Assembly: GCF_006345805.1 (NCBI RefSeq)
Contig: NC_042998.1
Location: forward strand, 177,568,001-177,632,000
DNA length: 64,000 nucleotides
Direction: 5' to 3'
DNA from: Octopus sinensis
Lineage: Eukaryota
The position numbers and the translations under genes are program-made. Under the pieces are notes generated by a model. The model did no database searches. It was not told the DNA's origin and saw only the letters and a program-made list of their open reading frames with translations. This document shows positions 30,001 through 45,000 of this stretch, piece after piece. Within the stretch, counting starts at the first letter, position 1. Every line of letters starts with the position of its first letter.

Positions 30001-33000
30001 TTGTTTCAACTGTTGTTGGAGTATACAAAGTTCATTTTTGGAAAAAGTATTACAAATATACAGAAAAAGGATTTCAATCCAAACCGATTACTTACGGGGC
30101 CTAAAAATCCTAACAAGCCTGTCCGAACAAACATTTTATCCCCTATCGGTCGGCCATCACTTCGTAGTGGTTGAACCTACAAGATGATATAACAGTATTA
30201 GAAAAGGAGACAATCAAGTGAAAAAAATAAACAATATTAATAATAATGTTGACCTTCACTGTGAGACACTATCTCTTGAGATCAACCATTACCACATTAT
30301 TAGTGTTTCCTCCTCTGCAGGTTCTCTCAATATGGATTACTTGACCCATATATATGCAACAATTACTCCTTCATTTGATTTACATGTGTACATCAGTTCA
30401 ATCTTCTCTCATGCATGCAATATCTTTTAGTCTCAATTTCTCTCTCTAGGTTCATTTGTGCTCTGTGATTCATGTACACCATTATACATTTAGCAAAGCA
30501 TGTCACATTTTCAGCATTTTCAAATCTTCCACATTCAATATGCATATTTTTCTATCATGCATCATTGTACTCTGTACACAAACACTATACAATCTGCCCT
30601 CATTTGGAGAAGGAATCCATCTGTTGCCAGCTGAGTTAAAAGCTTCTTGAAAGTTTACTGCTTTTACTCTACTTGCTATACTTTCACAACACTATAGCAA
30701 ATGATATTTGATAGAAAATTTAATCACATTCTAAAAGACAATACAAAAGTACTTCAATACAAAATATGAAGACCATATTCTTATCAGCAATGTTCAAGAT
30801 TACATGAACACACAACTGAGATCCGAGAATTGCTATATTACAGATCAATTTAATAACTGAAATAGGTTACTCTGAGATAATGGACATTTAAATATTAAGA
30901 TAAAAATTTAAAGATAAAATTGAAGAAAGCAATACCTCACCTGGAATGTATTACTGCTGAGTCCTTGCAGCCCCCAATAGCTACCTCCAGTGTACCCAGC
31001 ATATACACAGAGTTCACCAACTTCATCTGTTTTACATAAGTAGGGTAGCCCCTCAGTTTTTATAACCACCATAACAGCTGCAGGAAAGAGAGAAAATAGA
31101 TATTTGTTAGCTGTATATTAAGAATATTTCTCTCTAATTCAACATAATGAACTACTACTTCCATGAATATCAGAAATTACTGAAGTGTTGTAAAATAAAA
31201 ATTAAAGTAATTTTTAATTATTTTATTTAGTATACTTTCTCTAATGTATATTGTAATTTCAGTAATGAAATGGAATTTAATTTTGGAGTAATGAATAAAA
31301 AAATAATCTCTGCATACAGGTGATGATAAGGAGCGGAATTTACTTTTTATAACAGGACTATGCTAATACTTAAAACAGATAAAATCATGAGGGAAAGTAA
31401 AGGCAACAGCATTATAAAACTAGAGGATCCAGATATACAAATAGTTAAAATGGTTAAAGCTATATAGATGGATACCTTTTTTTCCAGATAGCATTTAACA
31501 TCTAGTTTGAAAAACTACAAAGGGTGTCAGTTTTTTTGAGGACATATCTTTCAAGAGTTCTAACTTTCTTCTTAAATAGTGTCAGACATTAGGCTGACTC
31601 AGTAAATGAAAAGGCACATTTGTAATCATTGTCTTAAAAGCATAGCAGAGTGATACAGAGTTAGCTTGCTTCCTGAAAGTTGCTCAATTTGTCGTCAAAG
31701 TTTGAAAGGAGCTGAAAGATGTTGACAGGGATGCAACATCAGCAGTTAAATGCAAAATGCATGCACAGGATCCTAATACCATTAGAACACATAACTTTGT
31801 GCAAAAAGCCCAAAAAATAATTGATCAAAACCCAGGAAAGTCAATCAGAGCCATTGCAAAGGACGAGGTTTCAGAATGCACCAGTAGAAGAGTTGTGTAT
31901 GAGGTCATCTGGTACAGGTCATATGTGATGCAGAGGGGTCAGCTTATGTCAATTAAGGACAAAAGAGAATTATTCAACCCATGCAAAGTGCTTGCTAAAC
32001 AAGCTAAAACATCATGAGGCTGAAATACTTTGGTTTTTCTATGATGAGAAAACTTTGATCACAATCAAACAGTAAGCTGAAGGAAAAACAAATGGTTACA
32101 CCGAGACCCAAATGAGGCTCCAACAGTCATGCATATTAAGTTCCCAGCAACTGTGAAGGTCCCGGGAGTTGTCAGCAACAAGAGAGATGTCATGACTTGT
32201 CAATTTTTCCACAGGGCATAAGAATCAATATTGCTGCCTACACTGGTGTTGGAAAAAATTGTGAGGCCCTGGACAGATAGAATACACAACAGAAAACTGT
32301 ACAAGGACCTTCCAAATGTGGATGCATGCCTATCTCCTTGATCAAATTCTCCCAGAAACATGGCCTCCTAGCTCACTTGACCTCAGTCCAGTGGACTATT
32401 ACATGTAGGGCATAGTCAAGAGAGAGGTCAATCAACAACCCCATAGCACCATACAATCTCTCAAGTCTGCCATAACCAGTATCATGTCAAAAATTGCTAA
32501 GATCATCTGATTCAGGCATGTTAATGCTTCTAACCCTGTATTGAAGCAGCCATTGATACTAATGGTGGATTCATTGAACAGATGTGATAAAAGGATTCTC
32601 AAAATTATTTGTATCAATTTGTTTTCAAATACAATTTTTCTTTAATGAGTTACGTATTTTTCTCTAAATTCATACAAATGACCTCAAAAAAGTGATGTAT
32701 CCTTCATTAGCACAATTCTTTCCCATTTAGAATTTAATACAAATAACAGAGATGGTAGCCACAGCCCACTTACTAGAACTAGCTAAAGAGAATTAGGGAG
32801 ATTAGTTATGTAAGAATAAATTAGAAGTATGATATAATTATATCAGATAAGGACTATACAAGAGTAAGATAAGAGAGTATACACTATAGGTAGAAATGGT
32901 TAGAACTTAAGGCAGATAACAAATAAAGCTTATTTAAACAGAAATAGCTGGAAACTGATGGAGAAAAGGATGATGATATGAGACAGTTTGGAAAATACAT

Positions 33001-36000
33001 GTACGCTCCTACATAATGATGTTTACTCTTCAAAATTTCTGTGAATTAGAACAGAAAAAAATAGTCTATGAGAGTTTTCTTTTTCCATTTCATCCATAAT
33101 ACCTATTTTCTTCAAGTGTAACTATTTCGAGTTATCCCTGGATTTTCCATATCCCTCCCTCTATCTCTAAATTAATTAAACTTTATCGAAAACAAAATAA
33201 AAGCAGAAAATTTTAAAATTACTTACCACCAGGCATAACCTGGCCACAGTCCTGTAGTGTAAGAGATGTCAGGCTGTTCTCACTATCAACTCTAACTACT
33301 CCAAAACTCAGGCCTTGCATTGACAGGATACCTCGGCCAGAAGTAGTGCTTCCTGTTTTTCCAGGTCTACAATAGATATTTGTTGTTTTGTTTTAATCTA
33401 CTGAAACCTTATAAAATTTGTAATATTACATAACATTATCTGTTAGAATAAAATCTTTCTCTCTCTCTCTCTCTGTAAAATCAGGCAAAGGAAATCGAAA
33501 AAGACTTTAAAGTAAAGAAACTGATTCAAGAGAAGATAGCTAATACTATCAGAGCTGTAAGAAAGAAATGAAATCCATGACAGATATTAAACCTTAGCTT
33601 ACCTTCGAACTGATACAGTAAGAGCTTCACAAGATCCAGCACATGGACAAATACTCTCAGGTTTCAAACCTTTTGATTGGAATACACTCAGGAAAGAATC
33701 ACAGGAGGTTAGAGACCCTTTTGGAAGAAAAATTAAACTTAGTGTAAGATATAATAAAATAATTATTATTATAATTATTAGAACACAAAAATAATGTAAA
33801 CTACATTATGTGAAGAATTTGTGCAAGCAATGGACATTGCACTCTCTCATCCCACTTGAATTTACTCACTTCTCTGTTATCACATTTGAGTACAAAACAC
33901 ACTTGGTCCTAAACTTTTAAATCTAGAAATTAGAGATGTACAGAATATACTAGAAATAAGTGTTACCCATTTACCCAAGAGCAAATTAATGGCCATATTT
34001 AGAATGGTATAAATGTTCAAGCTAACTGATGTGTAATTAAGACTAAGTCTTTGATAAGGATAAGACAGTAAATGTGCATTATACAAGGGGAAGTAAAAAA
34101 TTCTTTTGCCATAACATATCTTTATTATTGTCACACTGCCTTCTGTGCATGCATGCTTATAGCTGGTACTATTTTGGTTACACAAACAAAATCTGAGCCT
34201 GATCGTGCCATTTTTGGTTTTGGTTTTGGTTTTACAGTGTAAGCATGGCTGTTCCACTAGCAATGTGCACCAAAGAAGAACAAAGAGCAGTGGATCTAAT
34301 TTTTCTGGTTGGAAGGTGAGTCAGGATGCCTATCAATCTCCACTACTGATGAGAAGATTCAGCAAGCTTAGGAGATGGTAATGGTGAACTAGCGAGTTAT
34401 CATCAATGAGGTAGCTCGTTCTCTGCAGATTAGATATGGTTCTGCCTATCAAATCATTCACGACAAGCTTGGCTTCCATAATGTCTGTGCAAGATGGGTG
34501 CTAAGAGAGCTTACTGCAGAGCCCAAGCGCAAACATCTTGAGGTCTGCTAATGTTTACTCCAATGCTAAAGGGTGAGGAATTTTTGAGCAGAATAGTCAT
34601 AGGAGATGAAACGTGAGTCCATCATTAGGATGGCAGAATCCAAAGGGCAGAGTATGGAGTGGAAACATCCTGGCTCACCAGTGACGAAGAAATTCAAGAC
34701 ACAGTCTTACGCAGGAAAGATGATGCTAACCTTTTTTGGGGACCCAAAAGGGCCTATAATGGAAGACTACCCAAAAAAGGGGTGTATGATCAACAGTGCA
34801 TGATATGGTGCTTTGCTGGCCAACTGAAGCCAGCAATTCGCACCAAATGCTGAAGCCTATTGTTGAAGAAAGTTTTGTTGTTGCCTGACAATGCACACCA
34901 ACACATGGCCGCCCAGACTGTTGAAACCATTAACCAATTGGGTTTTGAGGTGCTGGAACACCCTGCCTACAGATCTCACTCCTTCCAACTATCATATCTT
35001 TGGACTACTCAAAGATGGTTTATGATGTCATCAATTTCCTACAGGTGAAGATGTGAAGGAAGCAGTGCATAAATAGTTGCATGACCAACAGAAAACCTTC
35101 TTCTGAGAGGGAATATGCAAGCTTATGGACTGCTGGACCAAGTGCATCATAAAGGAAGGAGACTGTATAGAAAAATGATATACTTGTTTTGTGTAAATAT
35201 ATTGAAAAAACAAGAGTGTGTATAATTTTTTACTCTTCTTCATATTTCTTAAGTATACTTATGTCAGAAACAGCAGTAATCAAAGTTATATCATATTTCA
35301 CTAACATACCAAAAAAATTCACAAGTAATGCATACAACTCAAAACAGAAACAGCAGAAGGATGAAATGTACTTAGTTTCTGTTTGTAGACTGCAACATAC
35401 TTTACTTTGTGTATATATGCAAGCACATGCTTTAGTTTGTATATATTCTGCTCCAAAAACATTACGTTCTTAAAATTTTATTCATTTGAATAAACTTATA
35501 AGAAATAACATAAAGCTGTTCTTGCTGTGACCGTCCAGTCAAGTTAGCATTTACTATACATATATCATTTAATATATATGCAATTTACATAGAAATATTT
35601 CCTTAAATTTTATAAATTGATTTTCATATTAAGAGATAAATATATTGCATAAAAATAAAATTACCAAAACCTGAATGTACAATGCATAATCCAAAATTAT
35701 GCATGCTAAAAATTGTCAAGAGTGTGTATCAAGAACACACAAACTTTGTTGCCTGTGAACAGTATGAACTATTCCTCACCCCCATCATAATAATAAAGAA
35801 AAATTAGTGTGTATTATACTTGAGATTCAAAGATCTGAAGATTGTTTGAAGATTTGACTGCCCATACTTAGTGGTACATATACACAACTATGTATTATAT
35901 ACAAATAAACACAATAATAACTTTTATTTAAGGCCACTCATTCCTAAAACTGTTTAGCTGTGAATCTCTATTTCAAGCCTGAACCAAACACTAATTAGAT

Positions 36001-39000
36001 GATTTCTAATAAAGACATTACTAATAAGCCCTGGGTTACTGGATACTGATTCTTCGAAATAGTCTTCAGCTGGTACTATGGGTCTTGCATCAATATTTCC
36101 ATTTTTTCTGATTTTGTGTATATTTGTATATTGGTACCTTAACCGATGATGAAGATCATTCATGACTGTGTAGTTATGAAGTTTGCTTAACAATCATATA
36201 ATTTCAGATTCAGTTCCACTACATGGAGCTTTGAGCAAGTCATCCTGGATAAGAACCTTGTGTCAACCAATGCCTTGTTGATTGAATTGCTATGTGGAAG
36301 TGTGTGTGTGTGTGCATATACAACACAAATGTATATATACACACACAAGTGCATCAATTCCATGAGTCTTCATTCAAACTGTCTGAGTGAAATAAGATGA
36401 GTAACTTAAATTTCTTGCTTTTATGTATGAATATATGCTTGTATATTGATTTAAGACAATGTCATATCATCAAAAATTGAATTATAGCTTACAAGGATTG
36501 GCACCATCAGCGACCAGCAGCATACGAAGAGTATTAAAGTTTACATCTTTGTGATCTTTTTGAGCTAACAAGCCCCAATGCATATCACGTGATTTCACTA
36601 CAGCCACAGCAGCTGAAATAAAGTTCAAAACACATTACAACTCTTAAGAAAAAGATGATGATGATAATAAACAAGGTGAAAATAATTTAAAGAAAAAAAA
36701 TATTTTGAATAACAGTAAATTTGGCTTTAGAGCTACATGTAAAAGTATATAAGTCATGAAATTTTCTATGGAATAACTGTTCAGAACTAGTCTAATAAGC
36801 CAACTAAAAGAAAAAAATCCTCTGAAAATATGTAAGCATAGAATATTTTCAGCTTTACAAGAAGGGCAGGACAGAAAAGATCATGTCAAGTTTTAGCGAG
36901 CAAAAACTATGATGATTGACAGATATTGAAAGAGAAGCAATACTGATACAGAACTGAAGTTGTAAAATATATGAAAATAGAGTACTTATATTAAGTTCTA
37001 AATTAATAATGAAGAAAAAATTGTTAAATGGAAAAATATAATGTTGATTCTTTAAGAAAGTATTAGTAATATAAGTTTAATGTTTTACCCTTGAATAATA
37101 TGAAAAGAATAATGGTAAAAAAAAAACCCACTTAGAAATTATCTGATAAACTGAAAATATATTCTAAATTGAAACTAAAATATGGTTAGTCTAAAAAAAT
37201 GTCTATATTGAGTCTGCAATTCAGTGTTTCATATTAACGTAAATACCTTTGTATTTTGTCACCATCTTCATCCAGGATGCTGGGTCAACTTTCATCAAAG
37301 AATAAGGAATGAAAATCACATGCATTCCGTTAAAAACACTCTGGAATAGTTATACAGAAATATAAAGTGTTAGGATGGTAGAAAAAAAGACACATACATA
37401 ATAGCATTCAGTTGAAACTAAATGTATGAAATGTTTACATTATTTTAACATATATGAACAAAAGCAAAGCTAATTTTATTTTTCACAAGAAACAGCTTTA
37501 CTATAAATACAATTGTACAATTTTAGTTAACAGTTTAAAAAACGTAAATTCTCAAACAAAATAATACTTACACACAATATGCCATGCCAGAGACCAACAT
37601 CACGTTTGAAGTCTAATACACAGACCATTACTTCTCCTATAACAAACGTAAGAAAATGAGTCAAACAAAATATAATACATGTAATCATACACACACATAT
37701 ACAACAAGCACACACATTTATGTGTGTGTATGTATATATTTAAAACTGAGTGCCACATAAAAAAACATCCAATAAAGTGGCTAGCATTAGGAAGGGCATC
37801 AAGCCATAGAAATCATTCCAAAACAGATAGTGGAAACTGGTGTGGCCATGGCTTTACCAGCCCATGTCAAACTATCCAACCCATGCCAGATGGAAAATGA
37901 ACAATAAATGATGATGATGAAGTTTCTCATTGGTAGAAGTTAATTTTTATGGGTGGTGAGAATGCTTTACCAGATTTGTTTAAAAACCAAAGCACAAGAA
38001 AAAATGACTTAGCTTGTACCATGTTTTCTACATGGTCCTGAGCAGACACAGACATCCTTCTACCCTTGACACCCCACTGGGGTCCACTGAAGATGTGACA
38101 GCTGGAGGGAGAGAAGGCTGCATCAGTACAAGACTGGTATTCAGTTTCAGCTGGTGAACAGATTGGAGCAATATGAAATGAAGTGTATTGCTCAAAGACA
38201 AGATGCACTGCCTGGTCCAAAAATCCAACCCATAACCTTATGATTGTGAACCCAAGATCTTAACCATTACGCCACATGCCTTCAGCAAATTTGTTTAAAT
38301 TAAAAACAAATCAGAAAGAAACACATGTACAGCACATGACAAACAAACAGACCTAAAAGATTCCTCAGCACCCATAGAGGTAGCTTCTTTACTTGACTCA
38401 TAGCAAGAAACTAATAACTTACTATTGAGTACCCTATGCTTTCTTGGAAGTAGCTAAATAATGTTATTACTATATATGTTTATCTACATATGCATACAGC
38501 AAAAGACAAGCATATATTAAAAATGAGATTATAATACCTTTTTAAAGGTTAAAAATCAATAAAACCTAAGTAAGAAATTTGAAGTTTTTCTGAAATTCTA
38601 TATTTGGTACGATTAAATAATAAACATATCCAGGGTTACTATTGGCTATCCAAAAGAATGAAAGTTCTCCTCAAGAATTACATCATGTTCTGACTCATGG
38701 GAAACACTATTTGCTACAACAAAACCATAGTACCATTTGTATAACATTGCTTCTACAGTGCCAACGAAATATCCAAAACTATTCAATTTATGCCAACGAA
38801 GACAATTATATTAAGCCACTTTAAGTATATTTTTTATCATGCTTGAGATTTTTGTCAAACCCCTGCAAAAATACATAACTTTAAAAAGTACAAGATACTT
38901 TTAATGTTCATTAAAGTAAAGTTTTCAAGTATACACTTAAACTAGAAAAAAAAGTGTTTGATGTTATTTGAAAAACTAATAATTTAATAACCACATACTG

Positions 39001-42000
39001 AGTAACATCACAATATTACCATATCTAATTAATATATTATCAAAGCAGATATAAAATATACACTTTTGAAAGGTAAAACATAACACAGCAAGAAGGTTAT
39101 TAGTTCATTTTGAGTAGCAAATAAATCATTGGTTTTTAGAATTGGTCAACAAGGTTTTGTTATGTACTAAAGTATTAAAAATAAGTGTAAATTTTTCTGA
39201 TGGGTGAAGAATAGAGGGTTAGACCATAAGTTTATTATAGGAAAAATTATTTGCAAAATCTTTTGATACCATACTCTTTCTTTTTATATTTTGAAGATAT
39301 TTTTGATTTAAGAAACAATGATACTGAAATACAGAATAATATGTAAGACAATGAATATTGTTGATAATGAAGAAGTAAAAAAATTAGTAATTAGTTTAAA
39401 ATGAAATATTACCTTCTGTGTAGTTACATGCGACAGTAAGTGTCCGACAATGACATAGCATAGTACTCTGTGCCACAGTCACACCAACGGTACTCCCATC
39501 TTTACTTGTAGTATACTGAAAAAACAAAATGAAGAGAAAAAAAATTAGTAAATTTGAAAGCTTGTGGTGTCAGCGGACTAAAGAAATATTCAACAACATA
39601 GGACTGAGACTGTTGGCAGTTCTCACTTGATACTCCAGAAACATTTACAAATTCTAATTGTGTCTAATAAATTTCACCAATATGTAATGAAGACTGGTAA
39701 ATTATGATTGAGATGAGACTATTAGCATGAGATCGTAAATTCAGAAACAATGCACTCTAAATTGCTGATTCTTTTGTACCTTATTGCACTGTCATATTTA
39801 CATGACATTAAGAAATGTAATGTGTTTTATCTACATGACAAAAATCTATTACTTAATGATGCATTGTATAAAAAGTTATAAAATCTACTATTCATGCTAA
39901 AGACACTCAACAACTATTTGGTGGTACAGTGACATAATACAATATTTCTCCAAGTTTGTCAAATTATATTCAAAATGATAAAAAATTTAGAATTTCAAAG
40001 GCAAAGTTGTGTAAAAAGTTAGATAACAAAAATCTCTTTCACAGAAGGATAAAAAAAAGTGTAATTCAGATGGCAAGCTGGTCATTTAGTGAATGCATTA
40101 AATGGGATCAAATGAAAATTATATGTAGCAATTTCAAATTTGCAAATATTTATTGAGCTTAACAGAAAAATTCTAATTGTCATGAAAATAATTCTGTCAG
40201 TAGTACATACCAATCAAATGAATTAAATATTGAAGCTAATGTGATGTATTAAAAAAATTGTAAGAAGAAATCAGAAAAAAATGTTATTTCAACATAAATC
40301 AATAACAAATTGATTAATCAGAATTAGATACCAGTGCCATTAAATCTTTCATTTAAGTACATATAAAATATTGGATCTCTACCATTAGAACTTGTATTGA
40401 TAAAATTAAATGTTTATTGCAATAAAAATATTGCAGTTAAATGAAAATGCCTATTAAATATAGAAATTAGAAATACCATAAAATTTAAGAAGCTTTTGCT
40501 GTAGATTCTGAAATAGATTAAAACTTATTCAGAATGAATTGGTTAAAAGTATTTAATATGTCTTGCTATGTGTACTCACCAAAAATAAAATCAATGATTT
40601 ATGCACTAAATATTCGGATATATTTTCACCTGGCTTAGGTCACTGTAAAAAATGCACAATTTGACAAAGCCCAAATGAAAAATTGAGTTATTGACAGGCC
40701 AGCCAGACCATTTCTATTGTCAAAAGCCAAATTTGGTAAAAGAATTGGAATGCAAAGTACAGAATTATACACTGGAACTGAATGATCTACAATCATTGCC
40801 TTTTGGAAGCTGAATGCCAAAGTTCACTACAATGAACATTTGCCACTAATTGTGATAGTAAATGTATCACCAGTTGGAAGTGGAATATTTTTGCTTCAGT
40901 GTGAAAATGGAATTGATCATCCATTAGCCCATGCATCTAAAATACTTAATACATATCAACAATGATATTTGCAAATAGAGAAAAAGGGGTTATCTACTAT
41001 ATTTGATTTTCATAACTTTATTTGATTCCCTCAGAGAAGACATTTTGAATTAATCCCTAATTACAAGTTGCTGATACCCATATTATCATCTGAGTATTGG
41101 TTCTTATGTGCCAATGACTATAACATTTGGGTAATTCTATTGCCCTCATATAAATATTCAGTTTAATATATAAATCTTTGAAGTAACATGAACATACTGC
41201 AGCATTATAAAAACAGATTACAATTTTGAAGAAGTCATAAAAATCATATTCTGTCTAAATTTGAAATACTTCATATTATCGAAGGATTTCAAAGTTTGCC
41301 AGTTAGTACGAAAGAAACAGAATCACATATGAAGCCATGTATCTATATTATTCAAATAGCCAGAAAAACTAAAAATTTAAGAAAGTATTGGTAAAATGAG
41401 AAGTGTTAGTTATCATAGGAATTCATTAATTTTGTAGTCCAATTTTCCCAAAGTAATTCTGAAAATATTATGAAGTAAAATTTTGACTCAACTGCATGAA
41501 AATAATTGGGGAATAGCTCCATATGAAACAAATGTGTTACTTGAAGTGCTACTGGTTGAAAATGCAATATGATATGGATTTATATTTAAATCAGTTACAT
41601 GAGAATGGTTGGAAACCTCTGAATTACGACAAATACATAATCAACCACACTGGACCATTTTATGATAAAGTATGGCTTACTGCCAATGATTAATTCTCAG
41701 ATTGTCCTAAAATTCAATGATCTAGGCTTGTTATATATTATGTCATATTAATTTGGGCTGAAAATTAGGTTAAGTGAACACCTGCCTATAAGATACTCAG
41801 CTTAAATGAGTAGGTTGTTCAGTTTAATGAATAACTGAATGCTCTTAGTGAAAACTGACAGTGGATCTAGTTTCATCATATATTTACCAGGCAATGTGGT
41901 AATGACATGATTAAGTTACTCTGGGAAATAAAGTTGCAACAAACTGCTGATATATAATCAAAGGCAAAGAGGAATCATTACTTATTTCTTTACTACCCAC

Positions 42001-45000
42001 AAGGGGTTAAACACAGAGGGGACCAACAAGGACAGACAAACGGATTAAGTCGATTACATCGACCCCAGTGCGTAACTGGTACTTAATTTATCGACCCCGA
42101 AAGGATGAAAGGCAAAGTCGACCTTGGCGGAATTTGAACCCAGAACATAACGGCAGATGAAATACGGCTACACATTTCGCCCGGCGTGCTAACGATTCTG
42201 CCAGCTCATTATTACTATTATTATTACCACTGACTCTAAAAGAGTTGGTATTTGGATTTCTTGCACTTTATGACTAAATATGTTGGTTAATTCCTATTAT
42301 ACTTTTAACGGTAAAGTCTTTTATATTCAAGTTTTTCTGTTAGAACTACTAATGATTTGTACACTGCAAAAGTATTCAAACTTAGAGTTTTGTCCAAAGT
42401 CCTGGTTATTGCTAGTTTGAAGAACTGTACAAAATACTCACTTCTACATAGGCAGCAATATTATCTGCAACTCTTGGAGGGGGTTGCCAATCTTTTGGTG
42501 GTTTACCCATGTTTTCAGTAACAAACCAATTGAGTTTGGGCCATCCTAGAAAAGAATAACAATATATAACATGAAATTTAGATGACAGCTAATAATAATT
42601 AAGAGGTACATTACAGATGGTTTCAAATGTTAAAGTAATGTATGGAAAATTAAGTGATGAGAGAAAACAAGAAGTTGAGATGATTGTCCTTTTCTAGAGT
42701 TGGAGATTATCATGCAATTGATATAAATTTGGCGAAATTATTCTCAAAATGGTAATAATAATGAAAGAAATAGTGTACAAAACTATAGTTGATAAATTAT
42801 CTTACCTTTGAAAATAATTACTTCCCCATTAGGCGTTTTAGGTAATGCTTTATTACAAGCTTCTGATGTAAGGGCCCAGTTAACATTAAGGTTACCCAAA
42901 AGGAATCCAATTCCTAACCCACCAGCATCCTGAAATGAAATGATAGAGTATTAAGTAGAAAATGAAGAAAAACATGAAAATATCATCAAAGGACTAAATC
43001 TGTAAAAATTATACACCTGTGAAATAAATAACAAAAAATATAATGAAGAGTGAATCTTTTTTTTTTTAAAGGGACACTTAATTGTAGATGTTATTTTACA
43101 TATATATCTACAAGCAAATCAGAGAATTTTAACAGCATTATGTAGTCAGCTGGTTTCCATAAAACATTTCTTTTTTTACCAAAAATACTGAAATATTATT
43201 TAAAATTAAATGGAAGTAAGAACCATATTTTAAACAACAGCAGTGTAAAGGAGAATATTATTTAGAGATTTTCGAAGATTATAAAAAAAAGGATCTCTGT
43301 GACAATGGATAAAGTAAATTTAGTAACATAATTTGTATCCTTTAACCCCTTAACATTTAGACATCTTTGTCAAATGTAATGCTTATTTATTCACATTGTT
43401 TCTAATTAATCAGACATCTTGTAGCTTCAAAATTTTGATGATGTGATTAAATATTTTTAGAATAACATTGAAAGGAAAGTGTGATAGGTAGAATATTTGG
43501 GCTGCATATTGCCAATTTAAATGTTAAAGGGTTTGAAAGAAATTAATAGAGTGTGAAGGATTTTTAAAAAATGGAAACAAGGATACGTAGCTTAACAAAC
43601 ATAAACACTCAAACATTTACTGAAACCTTTCATAATAAAATATTACCCAAGAATTGTCATGAAACTGAATCGAAGGACAATGGCTATTATTGTGTATACT
43701 TAAGTATAGCTTTGTGTTTAAGAAGTTTACTTCACAACTATGTGGATTTTGGTTCCATGCAGTCAAATGGCACCTTGGGCAAATGCCTTCTACTTATAAC
43801 CTCTGGCTGATTAATGCCTTGCAAGTGAAATTTGATTGGTAGAACTGTACAAAAGCCTGTCATATACATTGCTCTGTATTCTTTCTGTATCTCTTCTCAT
43901 CAATACTGTTTTTGCAGTAGTAGTTTTGCTTATGTTTTCCAGAAGTGGTTTGACATTCAAAGGTGCAAAATAAAGTTCTTCACTTAAAAAACCTGAAAGG
44001 GGTGAGGCTAGTAGAGGTATCTGACCATAGAATACTGCCTCAAGAAGTTGCAACCAACTTATACCAGTATGGTAACAAAAAGAAACCTATGAAAATTATG
44101 ATTAAGCATGATATTATGAACAAAATACTGAAAAACATAGTACTCTGCACTGAAAGTATTTCATCCACTTTAAAAATAAATAAATACAATAAAAAAAGAA
44201 TTATATTTTATAAATGTAATGAAAAATAAAAAATATCACCAAAGAAATCTTTCTAAGAAACTAAATTAGAAAGGATCATAAGTGAGAGTTTAATATGGAT
44301 GATAAAAAGAGAATCAATGCGTTATGTAGAAACATTTGGAAATTATTTGGCTACAGCATCTTTTTTTTTTATACACTACTGCAAAATAAATAGAAAAATA
44401 ATTTTAAAAATTTTCGATTTTAAAAATATTTTCTTAAATAACTGAGTATAACCTAAAAACAAAAGCATTTATCATTTTAGTTATGATTGGTAAAATTTAT
44501 TTTATATATCAGAAACAAAAATATATAGAATGGGTATATTTATATATGTTGCTGTACTTCAGAATTGAACTATTGAATTTTAAATCAATGTAAAATTCTA
44601 TTTTGGTAAGATACATTTGGATGCTTTCACTAAAACTTGCTGACTGTTCCTTTCATCTTTATGTCAAGACAATCACAATCAATTCACTTTCTGTCTGGTT
44701 CTATAAGCTAATGTATTGATTATAGAAAACCCCCAAATTTCGGAGCATTTTACAGGAAACTTTGGAAGAATTGTTAGTTGAATTGACTCTATTACTTGTT
44801 TCTTTTAAAGCCTGATACTTATTCTTTCAGTCTCTTTTGCTAAACTGTTAAGTTATGGGGACATAAAGACACCAACAAGTGTTGGGGTTTGACAAACACA
44901 CACATAGATATATGTGTATCTTTCAGTTTCTATTTATCAAATTCACTCATCAAACTTTGGTCAGTCTGAGGCTTTAGTAGAAGACACTTGCCCAAGATAC

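Noticed and set aside
41981-42207. A/B boxes suggesting a tRNA gene
   Set aside because: No cloverleaf; multi-copy SINE body follows, so it is a tRNA-derived SINE
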